Assembly (NCBI RefSeq): GCF_000803625.1
Contig: NZ_CP007496.1
Span: 30,001 to 62,000 of the forward strand
DNA from: Candidatus Nanosynbacter lyticus
Lineage (GTDB): Bacteria; Patescibacteriota; Saccharimonadia; Saccharimonadales; Saccharimonadaceae
Direction of reading: 5' to 3'
Length of the DNA: 32,000 nt
In this document: positions 15,739 through 24,378 of the stretch, piece after piece
Position numbering within the stretch: position 1 is the first letter of the stretch
Layout of the letters: each line of letters begins with the position of its first letter
Position numbers and translations under genes: made by a program
The notes under the pieces: model-generated
Seen by the model: the letters and a program-made list of their open reading frames with translations, nothing else
Database searches by the model: none
Told to the model about the DNA's origin: nothing

Positions 15739-16173
15739 ATGGCAGAGAAAAAAGTAGCCAAGAAAGTGGCAGTCAAAAAAACTACAACCAAAAAGTCAAT
15801 CATTAAAAAACCAAGCGTAGCAGTGTTGAAAGAAAAAGTAGGCGCGGTAAAAAGCCATGGTGGTGGCTTTATGATGTTTATTCGCGAGCAGGGTGTCGTT
15901 GGCCTGGCTGTCGGTTTGGCGATTGGTACTGCGGCTGGTGATACAGTCAAGAAATTGGTCACAGCGTTCATCGACCCACTTGTGCAGTTAATCGTTGGAT
16001 CACAACAGGGTCTCCAGGCAGCATCTTTTACTGTTGAATTTGCTGGACGTCGGGGTGAATTTTTGTACGGAGCATTTATCAGCTCATTGATCACCTTGTT
16101 GGCAGTTGCCTTTGTGGTCTATGCAATTGTTCACTTTTTGAAACTTGATAAATTAGACAAGAAAAAAGACTAA
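15739..16173 (+). CDS. mscL: Large-conductance mechanosensitive channel MscL with a Lys-rich N-terminal extension
   Basis: FIREQGVVGLAVGLAIGTAAGDTVKKLVTAFIDPLV is colinear with MscL TM1, a second TM follows, and the protein ends in a KKKD tail. The SD AAGGAG is present. Confidence 0.85.
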   Translation: MAEKKVAKKVAVKKTTTKKSIIKKPSVAVLKEKVGAVKSHGGGFMMFIREQGVVGLAVGLAIGTAAGDTVKKLVTAFIDPLVQLIVGSQQGLQAASFTVEFAGRRGEFLYGAFISSLITLLAVAFVVYAIVHFLKLDKLDKKKD

Positions 16174-16194
16174 AACGCTTACGTTTGCTATTTT

Positions 16195-16233
16195 ACACTC
16201 TCCTATCTACAATGTGAGTATAAAGGAGAGTGT
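16195..16233 (+). promoter_or_regulatory. Perfect 10-bp inverted repeat whose right arm contains the SD of the helicase gene
   Basis: ACACTCTCCT (16195-16204) and AGGAGAGTGT (16224-16233) flank a 19-nt loop that itself contains TACAAT (16208-16213). The GTG start is at 16237. Confidence 0.5.
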
Positions 16234-16236
16234 AGC

Positions 16237-18783
16237 GTGAAAGATGGAGTCCGGAGGGCGGGTTATTTACCTAGGCCAAAAGAGCGTAGTAGTAGCCATT
16301 TGTTGAGTCGAAATATTGAAGGTCCTTGGCGGTCGTCGTATTGTTATGGTGAATCACCTGAACAGAGGCGACAACGCCTTGAAGAATTACGGAAACGGTA
16401 TAGTAAGCTACCAGAAACTTCTTTCGCTGGCTATGATCTTGGCGACAAAGAATTGCCTGCGTATAAGCATAAAGCAGAGATATTAGATACACTTTCAGAG
16501 AACAAAATATCTTGGTTGTGTGGACCGACAGGTAGTGGTAAAACGACACAAACCGCTCAGTATGCACTTGAGCGGTTTGATCGTGTTGTGGTGTTGATGC
16601 CGCGGCGGGTGATTGTCGATAATGTTACTGAGTATGTCGAGCAGAGTTTGCGTGGACAGTTGGGTAAGCAATATCCTGATCACCTGGTGGGAAAGATTCA
16701 TGGACGTGCTACTGAGGCAACGCCGGACACCAGGCTCTGTTTCATGACAGCGGCAACCTTTACAAAAAAGCTGGAACAATTTTCTAGCGACTGGCAGGAC
16801 GAGAAGACGCTTATCTTGGTTGATGAAATACATGAAGCCAATTTGGAGATGGAATTTGCTACCGCTCTGGCGGCAAAATCGATAGAGAATACCGACAAAT
16901 GGTATATGGCTTTTTCCAGCGCCACGCCTGATACGGAAGTTTCTCAGGCGATGTACGAAGGCATCAACGAATCAGCATTGCCAGTCGTAACCATCGAGGG
17001 TCGGCCGCATGATATTGATATTGAAGAAGATAAGGTGAATACCGTATCCGAAGCCTACCTTGAATATGGTAAGGACTCGAAAAAATCACTAATCTTTGTT
17101 GAAGGTGTGAGGAGTATTGATGAGACCATTGCGTCAATCAAACGCCACGCCCGCCATCAACCCAGGAAAATACGATTCTTCAAACTACATTCTGGCATAT
17201 CAGAAGCTGCGCGCCGAGAGATTTTTACTGCCAAACCAGTAGAAGATGAGTCGTTTGTCATCGTTTCGACCTCGGCTGGACAGTCTGGTATCACCATCCC
17301 CGAGGTTGATTTGGTGCTGTCAAATGGACTGACGAAGAGTAAAGAAATTGGTGAAGAGGGCACGGAGGGGTTGCCACCTCGATTGTGTACTCAAGCAGAG
17401 CTGATGCAGCAGGCGGGGCGGGGCGGTCGTGATATTGATGGCGCTAAGTTTGTATTGGCTCGTCCGATATCTTACGATAAGATTTATTTGCCAGATGAGC
17501 TAAAAGGATTTTATGATATTGCGTCCCGTGAACAGCATATTCCACCGGAGATATATCACACGAATATTGTGCGCAACGTTTTGTCGGCTATCCATCTGAA
17601 TGGTGATTTTGAGGATCTGAACCGATACCTGATGCATCCTGTTGCTAGTAAAAAAGTTATTCAAGAGTCGTACGATTTGCTGGAAACCCTGGAAGCAATT
17701 GATGGAGAGGGGCAGATCACAAAAATTGGTGAGTTTATGGATAATTTGCCATTGTCACCAGAGTTGTCTCGGGCATTAGCAGAAATGATTAAGAATGGGG
17801 GAAGCTTACGTGAAGTGTTGGCATTATCGGCCATGGCAGCCTCCGTCTCGGGTGGTGGCTTTGCCGCCTGGCATCAACCAAAGGAATTGTTCCAGGAATT
17901 TGTCAGCCCCGATACAACAGATGACTTTTTTGCCGAATACGATGCTTTTTTGAAAACCAGAGAGATTTATGACGGCTGTCGTACTGACAATGACGTCTAC
18001 TTGACTAATGGTATTGATCCCAATAAGGCGGACAATATTCACTATCAATTTAGTAAAATATGTCGGCGTCTGTTGGTTAATCCAAAAGATATCGACATGG
18101 GTGAATTAAACAGCGAGGAAAAACATAATATATCAGTAGCTTTGGTGTGCGGGTTTCAGGAATTATTGTATGCTAAAGCTGGTAGTCGGCGCATTGGACG
18201 AACAACGGTCAACCAATACACCAACATTTACACTGGCGAACGTGGTATTTCTGACTATGAAATTAGTTCGCACAGCTTAGTACGACGTATGGGCTCGGAG
18301 GCGTTGACGTTAGTGCTGGCTTTACCGTGGTGGTATGATACGCATGATGGTCGTAGATACACACTCAACACAATTTTATCAGTAACCAAGAATCAAGTTG
18401 CTCAAGCCTTGAGTAGTAGCGCTGTGTCTGAATCCCTTGGTGACAGAGTTGCTCCTAATGGTGATTTAATTCGTGTGGCGCAGCCGAAAGTTGGCTCGCT
18501 GATACTTGGTCCAGAGCGGCAGCAAAAAATCCCCGCCACAACAGATGAGCAAATTGCGCTGATAGTGGACGCAATGAAAAACAAGGCTAATAAACAAGTA
18601 AGAGTATTGTTTGATTTACAACATCAGCGAGTTATCACCAAGGGTCAATTGCATCAGGTCCTAGACGGGTCTGCGGTAAATAGTCACAATGTCCATGAAG
18701 CAGAGGCTAAGGTTTGGGCTGTGGTGCAAGAGGTATTAACGAGCGAGCAGCAGGAAGTTTTTTATAGTCAGATAAATGGATGA
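16237..18783 (+). CDS. DEAH-box / HA2-domain ATP-dependent helicase (HrpA/HrpB-like)
   Basis: Motif I GPTGSGKTT, motif II DEIHE, motif III SAT, motif V-like TSAGQSGITIP and motif VI QQAGRGGRD are present. An HA2-like segment follows (LETLEAIDGEGQITKIGEFMDNLPLSPELSRAL). Confidence 0.85.
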   Translation: MKDGVRRAGYLPRPKERSSSHLLSRNIEGPWRSSYCYGESPEQRRQRLEELRKRYSKLPETSFAGYDLGDKELPAYKHKAEILDTLSENKISWLCGPTGSGKTTQTAQYALERFDRVVVLMPRRVIVDNVTEYVEQSLRGQLGKQYPDHLVGKIHGRATEATPDTRLCFMTAATFTKKLEQFSSDWQDEKTLILVDEIHEANLEMEFATALAAKSIENTDKWYMAFSSATPDTEVSQAMYEGINESALPVVTIEGRPHDIDIEEDKVNTVSEAYLEYGKDSKKSLIFVEGVRSIDETIASIKRHARHQPRKIRFFKLHSGISEAARREIFTAKPVEDESFVIVSTSAGQSGITIPEVDLVLSNGLTKSKEIGEEGTEGLPPRLCTQAELMQQAGRGGRDIDGAKFVLARPISYDKIYLPDELKGFYDIASREQHIPPEIYHTNIVRNVLSAIHLNGDFEDLNRYLMHPVASKKVIQESYDLLETLEAIDGEGQITKIGEFMDNLPLSPELSRALAEMIKNGGSLREVLALSAMAASVSGGGFAAWHQPKELFQEFVSPDTTDDFFAEYDAFLKTREIYDGCRTDNDVYLTNGIDPNKADNIHYQFSKICRRLLVNPKDIDMGELNSEEKHNISVALVCGFQELLYAKAGSRRIGRTTVNQYTNIYTGERGISDYEISSHSLVRRMGSEALTLVLALPWWYDTHDGRRYTLNTILSVTKNQVAQALSSSAVSESLGDRVAPNGDLIRVAQPKVGSLILGPERQQKIPATTDEQIALIVDAMKNKANKQVRVLFDLQHQRVITKGQLHQVLDGSAVNSHNVHEAEAKVWAVVQEVLTSEQQEVFYSQING

Positions 18784-18787
18784 CGAG

Positions 18788-18802
18788 TGTATAATAGATA
18801 AT
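18788..18802 (+). promoter_or_regulatory. -10 box placed for a leaderless orn mRNA (inside the helicase 3' end)
   Basis: TG-TATAAT (18790-18795)-agataat-ATG(18803). Confidence 0.45.
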
Positions 18803-19354
18803 ATGAAAGCAACTTTTAAGCCAAAAAAGATTTTGTGGATGGATCTGGAGATGACCGGGTTGGATCCAGTGCATGATGAGATTTTGGAAGTGGCGGCAAT
18901 TGCTACGGATTGGGATTTTACGGAAATTGCGACGTATGAGGGCGTGGTGCAGCATGACCCAGCAAAATTGGGTAAGCTGCTGGACCGAAACGCCAGTTTT
19001 TGGAATGAGCATCCAGAAGCACGGCGTGGTTTGGAGGAACAGAACGAAGACGGTAAGCCATTAGTAATGGTTGAGCAAGAATTATTGGTATTTTGCTATG
19101 AGCATTTTGCGGATGAGCCACGGATTTTATTGGGTGGCAATTCGATTCACCAAGATCGGCGGTTTATTGATCAGTGGTGGCCTATGTTGTCAAAAAGACT
19201 ACATTATCGGATGTTGGACGTCAGTGCTTGGAAGGTGGTGTTTGAAGGCAAATATGGCAAGAAATTTGCCAAACCAGAAGAGCATCGGGCGCTGGAGGAT
19301 ATTCGCGGCAGTATCATGGAATTAAAATATTATCTAAAGAAGGTGAAGCCATGA
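18803..19354 (+). CDS. orn: Oligoribonuclease (DEDDh 3'-5' exoribonuclease)
   Basis: ILWMDLEMTGLDP...EILEVAAI...GNSIHQDRRF...YRMLDVS...HRALEDIRGSI is colinear with E. coli Orn. An in-frame ATG at 18776 is the alternative start. Confidence 0.9.
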   Translation: MKATFKPKKILWMDLEMTGLDPVHDEILEVAAIATDWDFTEIATYEGVVQHDPAKLGKLLDRNASFWNEHPEARRGLEEQNEDGKPLVMVEQELLVFCYEHFADEPRILLGGNSIHQDRRFIDQWWPMLSKRLHYRMLDVSAWKVVFEGKYGKKFAKPEEHRALEDIRGSIMELKYYLKKVKP

Positions 19355-19689
19355 CCCATAAACAATTTGAAGAGTTTATTCTTAGTTTGCCTGGTGTATG
19401 GCTGGACTATCCGTTTGGCGAGGATATAGCGGTGTATAAATTTGGCAAGAGTAATGATGGCGCAGGGAAGATGGTGGCGCTGGTGGCTGAGGGCTCAAAT
19501 CCGCTGCGGGTGAGTTTGAAGTGTGACCCATTGCTGGCGCAGAACTTGCGGGAAAAATACGAAACAGTATTGCCGGGCTATCATTTGAACAAAAAGCACT
19601 GGAACACCATCATCTGCTCAGGGCAGTTGAGTGACGAAGAGATATTTGACCTGGCGCGATTAAGCTACCAATTAGTTGCAGAAGCTTAG
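19351..19689 (+). CDS. MmcQ/YjbR-family protein
   Basis: 112 aa. FGEDIAVYKF...RVSLKCDP...GYHLNKKHWNTI is typical of the YjbR/MmcQ fold family. Its ATG overlaps the orn stop (ATGA). Confidence 0.7.
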   Translation: MTHKQFEEFILSLPGVWLDYPFGEDIAVYKFGKSNDGAGKMVALVAEGSNPLRVSLKCDPLLAQNLREKYETVLPGYHLNKKHWNTIICSGQLSDEEIFDLARLSYQLVAEA

Positions 19690-20297
19690 CTTGATTTAAT
19701 TATATGATTAATTTGCTTTTGGATATTTTCCAAATCCGTAGCAGTTTTTTCCAGCCATTGACGCATAGTTTTTGATTTGGTCGATTTATATACTTTCGAC
19801 ATCATGGCAATTGTGTCTGTTATTTGGACATTCATTTCGTGTGCATAAGTAACGTCCAGCTGCGTATTCAGGTTGGCTTCATCTAGTTTTTCCTCCAGTT
19901 TATCCGAAGGGTCTAGGGCGAGAATATCTTTCTTCTTCTCTTTGTAACTAATGCCCGCCGCCTGAAGTGGATCGCTCATTGATGCTTCAGCGGTAGTTAG
20001 GACGGAAATTAAAGAACTATTAGTGGTTTGAAGTTCGGTTGATCGGAATTTGTTATTGTATTTCTGAGAAATAGTCAGTAGTTTATTGACCCGTGCAGCA
20101 ACTTGGGCTGGAGTGGTTTTTGGCATGGAATTTTGCGAAAAAATAAAAATTGCAATGATGGTTAATATTCCGATTAGACTGAGAACAGCCATGATTATTT
20201 TGGTTTTTTTATCAAAACCTTCTGCTGGTGGAGGTGTGGCAATTTGATTTAGATAATCGATACCTTGTGATTGGTTGTCCAAATTGTCAGGATACAT
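19686..20297 (-). CDS. Hypothetical single-pass membrane protein
   Basis: The ORF has one TM (IIMAVLSLIGILTIIAIFIF) after a short Pro-rich N-terminus. I place the start at ATG 20297 (MYPDNL...), 6 nt after TGcTTAAAT. Confidence 0.6.
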   Translation of the reverse strand: MYPDNLDNQSQGIDYLNQIATPPPAEGFDKKTKIIMAVLSLIGILTIIAIFIFSQNSMPKTTPAQVAARVNKLLTISQKYNNKFRSTELQTTNSSLISVLTTAEASMSDPLQAAGISYKEKKKDILALDPSDKLEEKLDEANLNTQLDVTYAHEMNVQITDTIAMMSKVYKSTKSKTMRQWLEKTATDLENIQKQINHIIKSS

Positions 20298-20350
20298 GTT
20301 TCTATTTAAGCACAAACAATAACAGAGGTAAAGGGTGATATAATAAAAAC
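20298..20350. promoter_or_regulatory. Back-to-back extended -10 promoters for two divergent leaderless genes
   Basis: The minus strand reads TGcTTAAAT (20312..20304)-agaaac-ATG(20297). The plus strand reads TGaTATAAT (20336-20344)-aaaaac-ATG(20351). Confidence 0.55.
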
Positions 20351-22084
20351 ATGAATAATGCCAAAGAAGAAGTACGAGCGCGGCTGAACATCGAGGATGT
20401 AATTGGTGAGTATGTTCATCTGAAACGAGCAGGTCGTAATCTAAAGGGTCTTAGTCCGTTTACAGACGAGCGAACACCGAGTTTCATGGTAAGTCCAGAG
20501 AAGCAGATTTGGCATGATTTTTCTTCTGGCAAGGGCGGCGACATTTTCACCTTTGTGATGATGGTTGAGGGGATGGATTTTCGGCAAGCTCTGGAGCATT
20601 TGGCGCGTAAAGCAGGTGTGGATTTGACATTATTTTCTAATGGCGATGGGCGAACTTCCAAGCGACGGGCCAGGGCTAGAGAAGCGCTTAAATTGGCCGC
20701 TAATTTCTATCAGCAAAATTTGGTAAAAAATTCGGTGGCGCTGGACTATGTAGTAAAAAAACGACGATTAAATCGACAGACAATTGGTGATTTTCTGATT
20801 GGATACGCACCAGATAAGGGTGATGCGCTAACAAAAGCGCTAGAGAAAAAAGGGTTTTCAAAACGTGAGTTGTCTGATGCTGGATTAACAAATCGTTTTG
20901 GCGGAGATTTATTCCGCGGACGGATGATGGTGGTGCTGAGTGATGGTAGTGGCGAAGTGGTTGGTTTTACTGGTCGGATTATTCGGGATGATCCGCGCGC
21001 GCCAAAGTACCTAAACACGCCGCAGACTTTATTGTTTGATAAGTCGCGTTATATTTTTGGATTGTCGCAGGCTAAAGAGGCGATTCGTAAGAATGATACT
21101 GCGGTTATTGTCGAGGGAAATCTGGATGTGATTAGTAGTCATCAGGCGGGCATAAAAAACGTGGTGGCAACTTCCGGTACGGCGATGACGATTCAGCATT
21201 TGAAATCGTTAAGTCGGCTGGCGGGGCGGATTCGCTTGGCTTTCGATGGCGATCGGGCGGGGGTGAATGCAACGGAGCGGGCGATTAATCTGGCGCAGGA
21301 AGTTGGTATGGAATTGGAGGTAGTGAGTTTGCCTGATGGTGTTAAAGATCCAGACGAGTTAATCCAAAAAGATCCAAACTTGTGGCAGATGGCAATTGAT
21401 AAATCCCAGCCGGCGGTGGACTGGGTAATTGCCAGATATGCGGAAATGGAAAATTTGAAATCAGCAGAAGGTAAGCGCCGTTTCTCAACGATTGCTTTGA
21501 GAATTGTCAGAAGTCTGAAAGACCCGGTAGAGCAGGAGCATTATTTGTCGGTGATTTCTGAGAAAACTGGCGCGTCAATTACTGCTTTGAAGGCAAAATT
21601 GTCGAATGAAAAAGTTGCCGAGCACCAATTGAAAAAGACTAAAGTTGATAAAGAAAAACCACAGCCAGTTCAAGATGAGACCGAGGATATATTGGCAGGG
21701 CTGGCGGCGAGCGAAAAGTCTGTGCGACGTTGGCTGGCGGTGATTTCTGGTGAGATGTTGGACGGCGACAGTGCGCGGCAATTGATTGGCTATCTGCGAA
21801 AAAACCCAGACTTAGAATTAAGCGAAGTTCCGCTGGACTTGCAAAAAATCGAACAGTATGTGAAAATAGTACAGTTGAAAAGTGAAAGTCGTTACGCCAA
21901 TTGGGAGCAAAAAAGCTTGGATGAAGAAATGGCTCGGCTAGTCAGGCAAATAACAATAAAACATCGCGAAAACAAAAAGAATCAATTATTAACACAGCTT
22001 AGAGAGGCCGAGGCGTCGGGTGATGAGGTTTTGTCTCAGGATTTACGCCAGAGCTTAAATAATCTGATTAAGGAGAAAATGTGA
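20351..22084 (+). CDS. dnaG: DNA primase DnaG (zinc-ribbon ligands substituted)
   Basis: The zinc-ribbon-like segment [13 protein letters not shown]...[11 protein letters not shown] is followed by the TOPRIM region ([11 protein letters not shown]...AFDGDRAG...DPDE) and a C-terminal helical domain. Confidence 0.92.
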   Translation: MNNAKEEVRARLNIEDVIGEYVHLKRAGRNLKGLSPFTDERTPSFMVSPEKQIWHDFSSGKGGDIFTFVMMVEGMDFRQALEHLARKAGVDLTLFSNGDGRTSKRRARAREALKLAANFYQQNLVKNSVALDYVVKKRRLNRQTIGDFLIGYAPDKGDALTKALEKKGFSKRELSDAGLTNRFGGDLFRGRMMVVLSDGSGEVVGFTGRIIRDDPRAPKYLNTPQTLLFDKSRYIFGLSQAKEAIRKNDTAVIVEGNLDVISSHQAGIKNVVATSGTAMTIQHLKSLSRLAGRIRLAFDGDRAGVNATERAINLAQEVGMELEVVSLPDGVKDPDELIQKDPNLWQMAIDKSQPAVDWVIARYAEMENLKSAEGKRRFSTIALRIVRSLKDPVEQEHYLSVISEKTGASITALKAKLSNEKVAEHQLKKTKVDKEKPQPVQDETEDILAGLAASEKSVRRWLAVISGEMLDGDSARQLIGYLRKNPDLELSEVPLDLQKIEQYVKIVQLKSESRYANWEQKSLDEEMARLVRQITIKHRENKKNQLLTQLREAEASGDEVLSQDLRQSLNNLIKEKM

Positions 22085-23040
22085 GCGACGAAAATACGAC
22101 AAAGCCGACAAATTTAAATGATGATGATTTTGATCCAACGCTTATAGACGAAGAAGAATCAGAAGATTTGGATTCGTTGACGACTGGTCAATATTTGGAT
22201 GACGTGTCAGATGACTCGGTGCGGTTGTATTTAAGGGAAATTGGTAAAATTCCACTACTGAGCGCCGAAGAAGAAATGGACTTGGCGCGCCGGATTATTG
22301 AAGGGGATAAGAAGGCTAAAGATAAGATGGCTGAGGCAAATATGCGCCTAGTGGTATCAATTGCCAAGCGATATTCGGGCCGTGGTTTGGACTTTTTAGA
22401 TTTGATTCAAGAGGGAAATACTGGACTCTTGCGCGCGGTGGAGAAGTTTGATCCAGATAAGGGATTTAAGTTCTCAACTTATGCGACTTGGTGGATTCGT
22501 CAGGCGATTACCCGGGCGATTGCTGATCAGGCGCGTACCATTCGTATCCCAGTTCACATGGTGGAAACTATCAATAAATTGCTGCGTACGCAGCGACGGA
22601 TGACACAGGAATTGAATCGTGAGCCGACGATTGACGAGCTGGCTAAAGAGTTGGATATGGAGCCAGAGAAAATCGAATACGTCATTAAGATTAAGCAGGA
22701 TATTTCTTCTCTGGATGCTGGTGTTGGTCGTGACGGTGAGGATGATGACTCAGTGCTGCAAGATTTTATCGTTGATGAAGATACGGTTTCGCCAGAAGAT
22801 TCAGCATCAAACCAATTATTGAAAGAGCAAGTTCAGGATATATTATCAAGCCTGAGCGACCGTGAGCAGAAAATTGTTCGAATGCGCTTTGGTCTGGACA
22901 ATGGTAAAAACCACACTTTGGAAGAAGTTGGTCAGGAATTTGCCGTAACACGTGAACGAATCCGCCAAATTGAGGCTAAGGCACTAGCAAAACTTCGCAA
23001 GCACAAAGATGCGAAAAAACTTTACGAGTACTTGGATTAA
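22081..23040 (+). CDS. rpoD: Primary RNA polymerase sigma factor (sigma-70 family, RpoD/SigA)
   Basis: An acidic N-terminus is followed by region 2 ([32 protein letters not shown]), region 3 and region 4 ([24 protein letters not shown]). The GTG overlaps the dnaG stop, and the SD AAGGAG lies upstream. Confidence 0.95.
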   Translation: MSDENTTKPTNLNDDDFDPTLIDEEESEDLDSLTTGQYLDDVSDDSVRLYLREIGKIPLLSAEEEMDLARRIIEGDKKAKDKMAEANMRLVVSIAKRYSGRGLDFLDLIQEGNTGLLRAVEKFDPDKGFKFSTYATWWIRQAITRAIADQARTIRIPVHMVETINKLLRTQRRMTQELNREPTIDELAKELDMEPEKIEYVIKIKQDISSLDAGVGRDGEDDDSVLQDFIVDEDTVSPEDSASNQLLKEQVQDILSSLSDREQKIVRMRFGLDNGKNHTLEEVGQEFAVTRERIRQIEAKALAKLRKHKDAKKLYEYLD

Positions 23041-23628
23041 TTAGCACTGCTCGGGTGATTTACAGAAATGGGCGTCGTGAGTTACGGCGTCTATTTTTTG
23101 GTGTAATTGATCAAGGTTGCCGTCATTTATGACAAAGTAATCAGCAATGGCAATTGGTCCGCCTTTTTCCAGATTTTCAATTTCCGACCAATCTCGCTGA
23201 TCAACTTCGTGTGGCTGCATTGGGCGTTCGGGGCGTTTTACCATACGTTGATAACGGAGGTGTTTTGGGGTAACAATAGCGATAACAACCACCTGGCCAG
23301 GAAATTCATGTTTGATAATTTTATATTCACTCCACGTATATAACCCGTCCAAGACGATTTTATTTTGTCCAGCGTTAATTAAATCACGAACATTTTTTAT
23401 AACGCGCTTAATTACAAAGTCTTTACCTTCGCGTTGGCGGATTTCTTCGCGGAATTTTTGTTGATTGTCCCAAGTTTTTTCAATTCCGGCCTCGTCCATG
23501 GCCTTATAAATAACGCCGCCAAAATAAATTTTTGGAAATCCTTTTTCTGTCAAATACTCGACAGCCGAACTCTTACCGCTACCCGCTAGTCCAACCAGGG
23601 CGATAATTCTTGCATGTGGTTGTGTCAT
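23041..23628 (-). CDS. P-loop nucleotide/nucleoside kinase-like protein (dephospho-CoA-kinase / adenylate-kinase-like fold)
   Basis: Walker A GLAGSGKSS lies near the N-terminus, the protein is 195 aa, and its layout is kinase-like. The exact substrate cannot be determined from the sequence. Confidence 0.6.
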   Translation of the reverse strand: MTQPHARIIALVGLAGSGKSSAVEYLTEKGFPKIYFGGVIYKAMDEAGIEKTWDNQQKFREEIRQREGKDFVIKRVIKNVRDLINAGQNKIVLDGLYTWSEYKIIKHEFPGQVVVIAIVTPKHLRYQRMVKRPERPMQPHEVDQRDWSEIENLEKGGPIAIADYFVINDGNLDQLHQKIDAVTHDAHFCKSPEQC

Positions 23629-23643
23629 AGACCAATTCTAGCA
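23629..23643 (-). promoter_or_regulatory. Extended -10 promoter placed for a leaderless kinase mRNA
   Basis: The minus strand reads TGcTAGAAT (-10 at 23640..23635)-tggtct-ATG(23628). Confidence 0.5.
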
Positions 23644-23690
23644 ACTTGTTGACATTCTTCCAAATAAAGCGTATGTTTAGGGTAAGTATT

Positions 23691-24362
23691 ATGGAAACGT
23701 TTCATAATCATACTGAAGATTTATCTCAGAATTCACTTTCTGATCCTGATATCTGGGGCCGTTTAATAGAATATCGTAAAGAAGAGACTCAATGGGATAA
23801 TATACTAGACCAAGTTGAGGAATTAGAATCGAAATTTGATCTTAATCCAGATGGCAGTAAAGCATGGAAAAGATTTGTTAACAAACCGGTTATTGATCAG
23901 TATGGTCAGGTGTGGATGATTTGGAAGTCTGGGGATTGTTATCAGATATATAAGATGCCAGACGATAAAGATAAGTTTAATTATGTTTTCATAGATGATC
24001 TTGAGGTTACTCCCACCTTAGGTGAGCCGATTTATAAATTTTCTGTCGGATTTGATAATTTTGGCGATGCAGAAGTCTTAAATATACAGATGAGTGACGA
24101 GAGAACCGGGCATTGCCTCCTCTCCAACAATGAAAGAGATCGGTGGGAGACGTATAGGCGGTGGACAAAACACGACAATAACTCCTACAGTGCCATGGAA
24201 GACCTTAGAAGAAGCTATGAGAGATATGAGAAAATGCAGAGAAAATTGGGTAATTATTCTTTCAGTGCTGCAAAAAGGTTTGGGGAGATTTATGATAAGT
24301 ATGGGAGAATACAACGAAAACTTGGTGATGCATCAATTAGAGATCTGGCAATAGCGGCTTAA
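23691..24362 (+). CDS. Hypothetical protein (223 aa) with a C-terminal tandem Y-x-(R/K)-Y-x4-RKLG repeat
   Basis: An ORF with no recognised motif. TTGACA (23648-23653), a 17-nt spacer and TATGTT lie upstream. ATG 23691 is chosen as the first ATG downstream of the predicted transcription start. Confidence 0.5.
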   Translation: METFHNHTEDLSQNSLSDPDIWGRLIEYRKEETQWDNILDQVEELESKFDLNPDGSKAWKRFVNKPVIDQYGQVWMIWKSGDCYQIYKMPDDKDKFNYVFIDDLEVTPTLGEPIYKFSVGFDNFGDAEVLNIQMSDERTGHCLLSNNERDRWETYRRWTKHDNNSYSAMEDLRRSYERYEKMQRKLGNYSFSAAKRFGEIYDKYGRIQRKLGDASIRDLAIAA

Positions 24363-24363
24363 A

Positions 24364-24378
24364 TGCTACAATAGAAGT
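24364..24378 (+). promoter_or_regulatory. Extended -10 promoter placed for a leaderless polA mRNA
   Basis: TGcTACAAT (24364-24372)-agaagt-ATG(24379). Confidence 0.55.
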
